Positions 35,739 through 44,629 of a stretch of DNA of 51,049 bases are shown piece after piece. Below the pieces are notes generated by a model. The model saw nothing but the letters and a program-made list of their open reading frames with translations. It did not search any database and was not told the DNA's origin. The first letter of the stretch is position 1. Every line of letters starts with the position of its first letter. Source of the DNA: Methanobacteriota archaeon (GTDB taxonomy: Archaea; Thermoplasmatota; Poseidoniia; Poseidoniales; Thalassarchaeaceae); contig PCAI01000015.1 in assembly GCA_002731195.1 (NCBI GenBank), positions 7,114 through 58,162 on the forward strand, written 5' to 3'. A program made the position numbers and the translations under genes.

Positions 35739-36866
35739 TTATTTACTATGGGTTTTTCCAGTCCCTCTATGCCCGATTATTCTAGATACTTCCCATGGCA
35801 TATTAGTCGCCTTTGTTTCTTTTAGTATAGTTTCAATATCTCTCTCCCATGACCACTTCTTACTCCAATTAGTTACAAAAGATTCTCTCTCACTATTTGT
35901 TAACTCATGCCACGGAGTTATTTCATTTTTGAACTCTGAGATTATAGATTCATGTTCTATTTCTGGAGTATTGTCCAATTCCTCTCTCTTCTCATCGGTT
36001 AGGGGTTGTGTTGCTGGTTTCGTCCAACGTGCATGTCCTGTAACCAAGGTTACCATATTCGGAGATAAATCATCAGTTATGCCAGTAAGTCCTGCATCCA
36101 AGATTAATCTTTCATATTTCGACTCACAAGGCCAAACATAAATCGGATATCCTCTTCTATATTTATTTAATCTTTCAAGTTTTTTACCTTTTAGCCCTAC
36201 AGTTAAGCCCATATTAATCCTACTTTCAATGCCTTTAAGATATTGCATGGAGCAAGGCAGCATGGGCGATCCCTCTCTCCTTTGTTTATCCATCAACCTA
36301 GGAAGTGAATTAGATAAAAAAGAGGGTGCAGCAACTATTCTTTGTGTTTTCCAAGTACCCCATTGCCTCAGATATGGTCTTATTCTACTAAATTTAAATT
36401 TACTTTTTGTTTTTTTTGCTGCAGATATTATTTTTGGTTCAAATGAATAGACTACCGTGCCACTTTCTCCTAAATCTATCGGCTCCAATACTTCTTCTAG
36501 ATTTTGTATCATTTTAATCATATGCTTTTCTCTAGATTCTCCTCCAAACCATCCTCCTGCCTTTCCACTAGATGGATGCGGAGGTTTCAATTCTATGCAA
36601 GAAAATGCTCCTTCTTCAGTCCATCTTCTTACAAAATTATTATTTTCTAATAACTCATCTAGTGTTTCAACATATTCTGGTAATTCTTCCATTATCATTG
36701 ATTCGGGATAATCTCCATATTCTGTTTTTGAGTCGTGGTGGAGGACTAAGCGTTCATCTTCAGTTAATCTAAGGTCAAATTCTACTCCGTCACTAACTTG
36801 CATCCCATGGCATATGGCTTCTATTGTATTCTCCCGGGGCCGCACCCACTCCGCTAAATCTGCCAT
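35739..36866 (-). CDS. Glycerophosphodiester phosphodiesterase (GDPD)-like protein with the HRG motif at the C-terminus
   Basis: N-terminal RENTIEAI..GMQVSDGVEFDLRLTEDERLVLHHD matches the GDPD ENT / ExD / HD motifs. The usual N-terminal (I/V)xHRG strand is missing there and occurs as SRIIGHRGTGK 8 residues before the stop. The ATG at 36864-36866 is used; the ORF extends to 37007, which would overlap the divergent MFS gene. Confidence 0.6.
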   Translation of the reverse strand: MADLAEWVRPRENTIEAICHGMQVSDGVEFDLRLTEDERLVLHHDSKTEYGDYPESMIMEELPEYVETLDELLENNNFVRRWTEEGAFSCIELKPPHPSSGKAGGWFGGESREKHMIKMIQNLEEVLEPIDLGESGTVVYSFEPKIISAAKKTKSKFKFSRIRPYLRQWGTWKTQRIVAAPSFLSNSLPRLMDKQRREGSPMLPCSMQYLKGIESRINMGLTVGLKGKKLERLNKYRRGYPIYVWPCESKYERLILDAGLTGITDDLSPNMVTLVTGHARWTKPATQPLTDEKREELDNTPEIEHESIISEFKNEITPWHELTNSERESFVTNWSKKWSWERDIETILKETKATNMPWEVSRIIGHRGTGKTHSK

Positions 36867-36967
36867 GCTCTTTCCGAATTGTATTCGTACATAACTCTCA
36901 TCATTAATTCTTCTGATTAGCCCCAATGATAAAACCCTAGAACATCTCCGAGAGGTTAGGTATTGAC

Positions 36968-38794
36968 ATGTCAGAGACAGTAGAATTAGACCGAGAATCA
37001 AATCCACAAGCAGTTAGGGGTTATGCATATTTTGACTGGGCCAAATCCTCATTTGAGACGAGTGTCACCGTTGCAGTACTTCCTCTTTGGTTTTCTTATT
37101 TATTCTTGAAAGCAAATGGTTTGACTACTACTATAGGTTCGATCGACTTTACCAGCGATGCTATTTGGTCATTTTCTGTTTCCGGTGCAGCATTATTAGT
37201 AGCTCTAGTAAGCCCTTCCTTTGGAGTAATAGCCGATCGTCGAGCAATTAAGATGTGGTGGCTAAGGATATTGACATATGTAGGAGCTGGTGCAACTATA
37301 TTATTGGCAATTGCGCCACTTCTCCCAATTAGCACTCAATGGGTTTGGCTAATGGTTATGTTTGTAATTGCTAATGTCGGTTTAAATGGTTCTAGCGTAT
37401 TTTACAACTCATTATTGCCTCATATGGGGACAGATGATGAAATGGATGCAATTTCCAATAAAGCATTCGCTTACGGTTACTTTGGAGGAGGAATATTATT
37501 ACTCATTCATTTAGTGATGACATTAGTACTTGTTGATTCAGATGGAGAGATGTATTCATGGGTAATCCCCTCAATAATGGCCTCATCTGGATTATGGTGG
37601 TATGGCTTCGCATTATTGACATTCAAGTGGGTTCCCGAACCTCCTATAGAAAATGAAATGGATTCATTATCTATTTTAGACTCTGCAAAGTTAGCTTTCT
37701 CAGAGATTAGAAAAACTCTTAGTGAAGTACCAAAATTTAGGACACTATTTATCTACATGCTAGCATATTTCTTCTTTATTGATGGAATAAATACCGTTAC
37801 TGCATTAGGCGGAATATATGGTCCTGTAGTTCTTGGAATTACTACTACTTTTTTGATGGTTGCTATATTGATGGTTCAGATTGTTGCAGCCCCTTCTGCA
37901 CTCGCTTTTACTAGATTGGCTGAAAAAATAGGTACTAAAAAAGCCCTTACAACATCATTAGTTGGTTGGATAGTGCTCTGTTTTGCTGCATTAGCATTTG
38001 CACCGCTAGAATTAGACTCCCATGATAAGCATGACATTATGTACGAATGGGACGAATCACAAGATCTCTACACAGTTACTGTGTCTAGCTCTGCTCCTAG
38101 TTTAGCACAAAAAATTGAATTTTCCGATTCTGAATTCGATGAGCAAGAGTGGGTAAAAAATTGGGTAGATTACTTCCCCCTAAAACAAGACATATATGTA
38201 ACTGAATATGTTTTATATGACTGGCAATGGCCTGAAAATGAAGAAAAATTTGTAAAATCTATCTCAATTACTTCTACGGAATTGATAGAATCAGGAATAT
38301 TAGCCAGTTTCGACGATACTAGATTTAGCGTTAGTATATTACATGAGGATGGTAGTACATATTCTTCAAACGTAGGTATAGATCACCCTACTAATCTCGG
38401 CGATGGCGTCTTGGACTTTGTACCAGAAAATGCTCGTAAATATGTTTGGGAGCCTTTGGGCTTGGTCGTAGGGGTTCAATTCATAATACTTGGTGCAGCC
38501 ATGGGCTCAGTTCTTGGAGGTTCACAAGGTCTCGCTAGAAGCCTCTTTGGCCAGATGGTGCCAGAAACAAGAAGTGCTGAATTTTTCGGCTTCTTTGGAT
38601 TCTTTGGTAAAGTAGCTGCTTTACTGGGGCCACTTATTTATGGAATTATGACAGTAATGTTTGATAGTAGAGTAGGTATTCTGAGCATTGCAATTCTCAT
38701 TTTAGCAGGCGCAATAATTCTGAGATCTGTGGATGTTGAGCAGGGTAGGTTGGATGCTCAGGCAGAAGATGCTCGAAATCGTAATTTGAATTAA
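36968..38794 (+). CDS. MFS transporter, UMF1/Atg22-like, with large soluble insertion
   Basis: YAYFDWAKSSFETSV start is typical of Atg22-like MFS proteins. Many TM segments, interrupted by an acidic non-membrane segment of about 150 aa (residues about 347-497). Confidence 0.75.
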   Translation: MSETVELDRESNPQAVRGYAYFDWAKSSFETSVTVAVLPLWFSYLFLKANGLTTTIGSIDFTSDAIWSFSVSGAALLVALVSPSFGVIADRRAIKMWWLRILTYVGAGATILLAIAPLLPISTQWVWLMVMFVIANVGLNGSSVFYNSLLPHMGTDDEMDAISNKAFAYGYFGGGILLLIHLVMTLVLVDSDGEMYSWVIPSIMASSGLWWYGFALLTFKWVPEPPIENEMDSLSILDSAKLAFSEIRKTLSEVPKFRTLFIYMLAYFFFIDGINTVTALGGIYGPVVLGITTTFLMVAILMVQIVAAPSALAFTRLAEKIGTKKALTTSLVGWIVLCFAALAFAPLELDSHDKHDIMYEWDESQDLYTVTVSSSAPSLAQKIEFSDSEFDEQEWVKNWVDYFPLKQDIYVTEYVLYDWQWPENEEKFVKSISITSTELIESGILASFDDTRFSVSILHEDGSTYSSNVGIDHPTNLGDGVLDFVPENARKYVWEPLGLVVGVQFIILGAAMGSVLGGSQGLARSLFGQMVPETRSAEFFGFFGFFGKVAALLGPLIYGIMTVMFDSRVGILSIAILILAGAIILRSVDVEQGRLDAQAEDARNRNLN

Positions 38795-38800
38795 TTTGTT

Positions 38801-39592
38801 TTATTTAGTAAATACTATCTTATCTACAAATAGAGAAAACTCGAGCAAAATCAACATCGGGCCACCTACTAAGAATAATGAAAGAGGATCGGGAGGAGAA
38901 ATTAGTGCACCAAACAAAAGTGCTGAGAACCACAAAAAACGTCTATTTTCTAGAATAGATTTTCTTCTGACAATTCCTCCTCTAATCAATAATGTAGTCA
39001 CCAAGGGTATTTGAAAACCAATTATCGAAGAAAAATATAATCCAGTTATGAATCCAATCCAAGATTTCAAACGCCAAGTTGAGGATAATCCCGAATCCGT
39101 CGCATCTCGAGACAGATAATCTAGTAGCATTGGTATTAATATCTCATGCGAGTACAATATTCCTATGATTCCTAATGCTAAAGAAATTAGTATTATGATT
39201 ATTATTTTCCCGATTTTAGAATCAAAATTAGTCGTATCTTCTCTTCTAGATTTTTTAATTATTTTGTGACTATTGATGGAAATATCAATTATTAATATAA
39301 ACATAACTAATAAGAAACCAATCTGAGTACCCATTTGAAGCTGCAATAATACTACTTCCATTGGTTGCAAAATAATTATTTGAACATTACTAGGTTTGTA
39401 ACCTTCAGTACTAAGAAACCATTCAATTATCTCTTCACTAATTGGATATCCGATTACAAAGCCCATGGTGAATACAGTCACGAAAGCATATGCCCTGTTT
39501 TGTAAATGCTGAATAAATCCTCTCATCTCTGCGCGAGGTATCATATCTAGATTTTTTTTCTCCATAGTTCTTATTTCACAACCTTTATTCAT
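38801..39592 (-). CDS. tatC: Twin-arginine translocase subunit TatC
   Basis: Six TM segments. C-terminal FLWFSALLFGALISPPDPLSLFLVGGPMLILLE matches the TatC conserved region. The ATG at 39590-39592 overlaps the DRG stop (ATGA); the ORF extends to 39658. Confidence 0.85.
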   Translation of the reverse strand: MNKGCEIRTMEKKNLDMIPRAEMRGFIQHLQNRAYAFVTVFTMGFVIGYPISEEIIEWFLSTEGYKPSNVQIIILQPMEVVLLQLQMGTQIGFLLVMFILIIDISINSHKIIKKSRREDTTNFDSKIGKIIIIILISLALGIIGILYSHEILIPMLLDYLSRDATDSGLSSTWRLKSWIGFITGLYFSSIIGFQIPLVTTLLIRGGIVRRKSILENRRFLWFSALLFGALISPPDPLSLFLVGGPMLILLEFSLFVDKIVFTK

Positions 39593-40704
39593 CTTCTCAT
39601 AATTATTGATAATAAATCTCCATCTTTTAGGGTATGTTCTAATCCAACTCTTTGCCAATCAAATTTTGCACTAGGCCCCCTAACTCTCGCATATCTAAAT
39701 TTCCTAACGAAATCTCTATGCAATTTCGCACAAACATCTCTTACTGTGGATGTATCTTTGACAATCAATGGCTCAATCAAATCTGCTTCTTGCCCTTGTG
39801 GCTTCAGAAATATCGACATAAAATGTAAATTATTGTAAATAAAATCTTTCATATCTTCTATGCCATAACCAGTTTTTGCAGAAACTTCCAGTACTGGCCA
39901 TCCATTAGGTAAACTATCTCTTGCTTTCTGTAAATCCTTTTCATTTGCTAAATCAACTTTATTCAGAACTACTACGGCTTTACTGTAAATCCTATTCCCT
40001 GCTAACGTATCAACTATATTGTCATCAGTAACATTAGTTCTAAGGGTAACTGTGGCAGAAACAATCCCAAAACTTCTCACAATATCTTGTATTTCTTCTT
40101 CTGTCAGATTGGTTTGTTTGACAGTTGATCTTACTACAATACCTCCTCTGTTAGTCCTAGTGATGAAAACTTGAGGTATTGGTTGGTTTAGTCTCAAACC
40201 ACCTCTCCATAATTCATAGTCTAGGATATTGAAGTGCGACTTTTGGAATGGGTCTACTACGTAAAGGACCATATCTGATCCTCTGATGACATTCAATATT
40301 TCTCGACCTCTCCCTTTTCCTTCGGCAGCACCTTTTATCAGCCCAGGAAGATCTAATATCTGTATCTTAGCACCTTTATGTTCCATTAAACCAGGAATGC
40401 ACGTTAACGTTGTGAATGCAAAATTGCCAACATCTGACTCTACTTCAGTAAGTTGTGAGATGAGACTGGACTTTCCTACACTAGGAAAACCTACCAATGC
40501 TACCGATGCATCTCCAGATTTCTTAACTTCAAAACCCGGTCCTCCGCCACTGGCCTTTGCATGGGCTTGTGCTTTTTCTTTCCTCTCTCTTAGAGCAGCT
40601 ATTTTGGCCTTTAATTTCCCAAGGTGCCCTTGCGTAGCCTTATTTGATTTTGTCTTGGTAATTTCATCTTCCAATGACTTGATTTGTTCTTCAATGGTCG
40701 CCAT
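39589..40704 (-). CDS. Developmentally regulated GTP-binding protein (DRG, Obg-family GTPase with TGS domain)
   Basis: G1 GFPSVGKSS, G3 DLPGLI, G4 NKVD, and a C-terminal TGS-like region (KDGDLLSI). The ATG at 40702-40704 (MATIEEQ) is preferred. Confidence 0.9.
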   Translation of the reverse strand: MATIEEQIKSLEDEITKTKSNKATQGHLGKLKAKIAALRERKEKAQAHAKASGGGPGFEVKKSGDASVALVGFPSVGKSSLISQLTEVESDVGNFAFTTLTCIPGLMEHKGAKIQILDLPGLIKGAAEGKGRGREILNVIRGSDMVLYVVDPFQKSHFNILDYELWRGGLRLNQPIPQVFITRTNRGGIVVRSTVKQTNLTEEEIQDIVRSFGIVSATVTLRTNVTDDNIVDTLAGNRIYSKAVVVLNKVDLANEKDLQKARDSLPNGWPVLEVSAKTGYGIEDMKDFIYNNLHFMSIFLKPQGQEADLIEPLIVKDTSTVRDVCAKLHRDFVRKFRYARVRGPSAKFDWQRVGLEHTLKDGDLLSIIMRR

Positions 40705-40852
40705 TGTTCTTCCTCTCCTTTGCAACTAGTTTTGTCTAGATTTTTCAGTTTACGTGCTTAACGCTCCGGCACATGTTATTGAATCCGGGGGCTCATTATA
40801 TAGTTCCACACTGAGTAAGGCTTATTCTACTTACGCGAAGAGGAATATACAG

Positions 40853-41518
40853 ATGGCAGATGTAATACTCTATCTTGTCAATCGAAAATCTTTTTCTTTA
40901 ATATTGAATTACACAGTATCTCATCTAATTGATTTATTAAATAAAAAAGAATTAAGTATTATTCGCCCGCAAATAGATTCTGAATTCCATCGGGATTTTG
41001 ATGTAGACATCGAGGGCGATATTTTGGAAATTTTTGATAAAAGTGAAGATTCCATAGATACTACTAAAAAAATTTCTGATATTAATTCTGAATTCAAAAA
41101 TGACTTAATATTATTACTTGCAAAATGGTCTTCAGTTGCCCAATGGAGTTGCTGGGATGCAAGATTATTTCTGTATGTAGAGCCATTTTTAGAAAAAGAT
41201 ATAATTAGTGTGGATGAGTTTTTAGAACCTAAAATATGGCATATCTTCCAACATCAATTGTCTAAATTAGATCAACGTTTTTTTACAGAATCTATAGTAT
41301 TGGATTGGATGTCTCGTAGGGAAAAATTAGGAGAGACAATGGAACCATCAGAAGATCCAAAGATCCTACCTACAATGAATTCACATAATGAATCCAGCCA
41401 ATTGTTATTTAATTTTATTAAAAAAACATCGCAGCCAGAATTGGATTTAATGATAGGACGAGACTATTTGAATTCTGAATTGTGGCATTTAGGAAAGGAT
41501 AAGATTAGTAGTTACTGA
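40853..41518 (+). CDS. Hypothetical acidic protein (221 aa)
   Basis: Long ORF with a purine-rich gaagagg 10 nt upstream of the ATG at 40853. No recognisable motif. The ORF track opens at GTG 40754. Confidence 0.45.
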   Translation: MADVILYLVNRKSFSLILNYTVSHLIDLLNKKELSIIRPQIDSEFHRDFDVDIEGDILEIFDKSEDSIDTTKKISDINSEFKNDLILLLAKWSSVAQWSCWDARLFLYVEPFLEKDIISVDEFLEPKIWHIFQHQLSKLDQRFFTESIVLDWMSRREKLGETMEPSEDPKILPTMNSHNESSQLLFNFIKKTSQPELDLMIGRDYLNSELWHLGKDKISSY

Positions 41519-41528
41519 GGTAGATAAG

Positions 41529-42146
41529 ATGTCAGAACTCCCCTTGAATCCTCTTCCTCCAAACATCTCAACAGCCCCTGGGGTAGTAGTATTGGGACGC
41601 TTTCAGCCTCTTCATCTAGGGCATATTTCACTAATTGAAGCTGCAGAAAAATGGCGTTTAGAAAATTATCCTAATTCACCACTTGTGCTGTGCATAGGCT
41701 CTTCAAATAGGCCAGAATCTATGGAAAATCCCTGGAGCTATAGGGAAAGAGAAGCAATGATAAATATATGGTTAAAAAATCAAGAAGGTTTTGATAATGT
41801 GGAAATAGTTAGCATTCCTGATATTGAAAATCCTCCCAAATGGGTAGATCACGCAGAAAAATATCATGGTAAAAATGGTTTCTTTTTTACTAGCGACAAT
41901 TCTTCTGCAGAACTCTATAGTGAAGCAGGCTGGAATGTAATCAGACATACTTTCGAAAAACGAAATCAATTCGAAGGATGGAGAGTTAGGGCTACGGCGC
42001 TCATGCTATCGACAATAAGCGATGAAGATGCTATTAGAACAATTCTTTCTATATCGATGCCAGAATCTATAATTAATTATCTGATTGAAATAGACGGATT
42101 AAGAAGGTTAGCCTTCTTAGTCGAAGGAGGAGAGCCAGTAGGGTGA
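41529..42146 (+). CDS. nadM: Nicotinamide-nucleotide adenylyltransferase, archaeal type
   Basis: VVVLGRFQPLHLGHISLIE (HxGH nucleotidyltransferase motif in the archaeal NMNAT context). GAGGT precedes the ATG. Confidence 0.8.
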   Translation: MSELPLNPLPPNISTAPGVVVLGRFQPLHLGHISLIEAAEKWRLENYPNSPLVLCIGSSNRPESMENPWSYREREAMINIWLKNQEGFDNVEIVSIPDIENPPKWVDHAEKYHGKNGFFFTSDNSSAELYSEAGWNVIRHTFEKRNQFEGWRVRATALMLSTISDEDAIRTILSISMPESIINYLIEIDGLRRLAFLVEGGEPVG

Positions 42147-42153
42147 AAATTCT

Positions 42154-43143
42154 TCACCATTCTATCGCATTCGCTCCCCATGCCAAACCTCCTCCAAAAC
42201 CTACTGTAATCACCAGATCCCCCGGTTTTATTATTCCTTCTTTAACTGATTCTGCCAAAGCAATAGGTACACTTGCTGCTGCTGTATTGCCATATTTATC
42301 CAAATTCATAAACACTTTATCCATAGGTAATCCGAGATTCTCCATTCCAGCTTTAATTATATTGAAATTAGCTTGATGGGGTATTATCATATCAATATCT
42401 TTTATTTCCATATTGATCTGTTTTAATAATTCCTTTACTGCTTGAGGAAATGCCTCAATAGCAAAATTCCATACTGCACGTCCATCCATATGAAAATATT
42501 GCTCACCCTCTAATGAATCACTGGATGAGATTGGTTTCTTAATCCCTCCAGCAGGTATCTGTATGACTTCTGCACCCGAACCATCAGATTTTAACCAACT
42601 ACCAATTATTCCTCTTCCATTTTCTATCTTCTGTAATATTGCTGCTCCTGCACCATCTCCAAATAAAACACAAGTTGCCCTATCTTCCCAGTTGACAATC
42701 CTACTGTAAACTTCTGAACCAATTACCAACACATTATCATAGTTTGAATCGATAACAAATTTCGACCCTATTTCAAGTGCATGAACCCAACCAGAACAAA
42801 CAGCATTAATATCGAAAGCACCAGCATTTTTGCAACCAAGTTTGTGTTGAGTAATACTTGCTGTTGATGAAAGAGGAACATCCGGACTACTAGTGGCAAG
42901 TATGATTAAATCTATATCCTCAGGACGGACTTTTGCTTCTCTCATCGCTTCTATTGATGCCATGACTGCCAAATCACTTGTACAAATGTCTTTTTCAGCA
43001 ATTCTTCGTTCCTTTATTCCTGTTTTACTAGTAATCCACTCGTCACTGGTATCTACTATATTCTCCCAATCATAATTTGTCATAATTTTCGGAGGGACAT
43101 AGTATCCCAAGCCTACAATGCCTGCCGCTGTCATATTATTCAT
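42154..43143 (-). CDS. fabH: Beta-ketoacyl synthase III (FabH-like)
   Basis: Full-length match to the bacterial FabH pattern: DTSDEWI..KTGIKERR, AVCSGWVHAL (Cys), IPHQANFNII (His), KYGNTAAASVPIAL (Asn), and GFGGGLAWG. Confidence 0.9.
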   Translation of the reverse strand: MNNMTAAGIVGLGYYVPPKIMTNYDWENIVDTSDEWITSKTGIKERRIAEKDICTSDLAVMASIEAMREAKVRPEDIDLIILATSSPDVPLSSTASITQHKLGCKNAGAFDINAVCSGWVHALEIGSKFVIDSNYDNVLVIGSEVYSRIVNWEDRATCVLFGDGAGAAILQKIENGRGIIGSWLKSDGSGAEVIQIPAGGIKKPISSSDSLEGEQYFHMDGRAVWNFAIEAFPQAVKELLKQINMEIKDIDMIIPHQANFNIIKAGMENLGLPMDKVFMNLDKYGNTAAASVPIALAESVKEGIIKPGDLVITVGFGGGLAWGANAIEW

Positions 43144-43180
43144 TTCGTTCGAGAGACACTAGACTTTCACATTTACTGCA

Positions 43181-44629
43181 TTATTCATGTTTAATGCATA
43201 TATTCATTGGCTCTGAAAAGAAACTCAAACTCCATCTTCCACCTTCTCTTCCAATACCACTGTCTTTAACTCCTCCAAACGGAACTCTCAAATCTCTATG
43301 TAACCATGTATTAATCCAAATCATCCCAGTTTGGATGGACTCTGATACTCTCTTGCCCTTCTCTATATCCTTTGTCCAGATACTTCCTGCAAGCCCATAT
43401 CTCGTATTATTGACCATTTTTATTAAATCCTCCTCTCTTTTGAATTTATGTAATGTCACTATCGGCCCAAATATTTCTTCTTTTGAGCATCTTGATTCAT
43501 GACTCAAACCTTCAACTACAACTGGAGCAATCCAATTCCCTTTCTCGAGATTTTTTGGTAAGCATGGAATGCCACCAGTTAGTAACACTCCTCCTTCTTC
43601 TAGAGCCAAATTGGAATAATATTTTATCTTTTCAAGATGTTCCCTTGAAATCAATGCTCCCAAATCTGTCTCTTCATCAAGTGGATTTCCTATTTTCATA
43701 TCTTCGACAGCATCCACTAACCTACTCTTAAAGTCATCATATATTTCTTCTTCAATGAAAATACGTGAACCACATAAACAAATTTGACCCTGATTCAAGA
43801 AACCTGATCTGACTACTCCTGCTACCGTCTTATCTATCTCACAATCTGCAAATACTATACTTGAATTCTTTCCTCCCAATTCAAGGCTGAGTTTTTTGAA
43901 AGAAGAAGCCGCAGATGATGCAACTTTTGATCCCGTCACAGTACCTCCGGTGAATGAAACAAAATCAATGCCTGAATTTTCTACTAATTGGCTACCTGTT
44001 TCTGCCCCATTCCCATGTATTAGATTAATTACTCCTGCTGGTAAACCAATATCATGTACGGCACGCATCAGTAAATCCGCAGTCATCGGCGTAAGTTCAC
44101 TAGGTTTACACACTACTGTATTGCCCATTCCTATCGCAGGAGCAACCTTCCAAGATAATAGATAAAGTGGCAAATTCCATGGAGTTATCAACGCACCTAC
44201 TCCGATAGATTTCTGAATTACATAATTTGTTGCATCTGCCATTTCGAATTCTTCTGTTTTCAAATTTTTTATCATTTCTGAGAAAAATCTAAAATTAGCC
44301 ACAGATCTTTTAGCATCCACACTTCTTGATAATGAGATTGGTTTACCAGTATCTGTACTTTCCAATTGTGCAATCTCTTCAAACATTTCTTCTAATTTAT
44401 TCGCTATCTTATCTAGCCATACGGACCTCTCTTGATGGGTAAGTTTGCTCCAACTAGGATGTGCAATTTTAGCCGATTTTATTGCTTCAGCAACATCTTT
44501 AGAATTTGAAATCGGAACTTTACAAATCTCATCTCCTGTTGCAGGATTAAGATTTGTAATCCATTCATCACTTGTTTGGGGGCAAAATTTACCTCCAATG
44601 TAATTCATTAAATACACTTCATCACCCAT
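43181..44629 (-). CDS. NAD(P)-dependent aldehyde dehydrogenase
   Basis: ITPWNLPL, FTGGT.TG, LELGGKNS (Glu), and NQGQICLCGSR (Cys). The ATG at 44627-44629 overlaps the upstream gene by 8 nt; an alternative ATG is at 44608. Confidence 0.9.
   Translation of the reverse strand: MGDEVYLMNYIGGKFCPQTSDEWITNLNPATGDEICKVPISNSKDVAEAIKSAKIAHPSWSKLTHQERSVWLDKIANKLEEMFEEIAQLESTDTGKPISLSRSVDAKRSVANFRFFSEMIKNLKTEEFEMADATNYVIQKSIGVGALITPWNLPLYLLSWKVAPAIGMGNTVVCKPSELTPMTADLLMRAVHDIGLPAGVINLIHGNGAETGSQLVENSGIDFVSFTGGTVTGSKVASSAASSFKKLSLELGGKNSSIVFADCEIDKTVAGVVRSGFLNQGQICLCGSRIFIEEEIYDDFKSRLVDAVEDMKIGNPLDEETDLGALISREHLEKIKYYSNLALEEGGVLLTGGIPCLPKNLEKGNWIAPVVVEGLSHESRCSKEEIFGPIVTLHKFKREEDLIKMVNNTRYGLAGSIWTKDIEKGKRVSESIQTGMIWINTWLHRDLRVPFGGVKDSGIGREGGRWSLSFFSEPMNICIKHE

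Noticed and set aside
40763-40792. Short GC-rich imperfect hairpin (gctccgg ... ccgggggc) in the largest intergenic region, considered as a small RNA or tRNA fragment
   Set aside because: The stem has only 4-6 bp with mismatches. There is no cloverleaf or further structure. It lies inside the 5' region of the GTG-extended ORF at 40754 and is more simply promoter or leader sequence.
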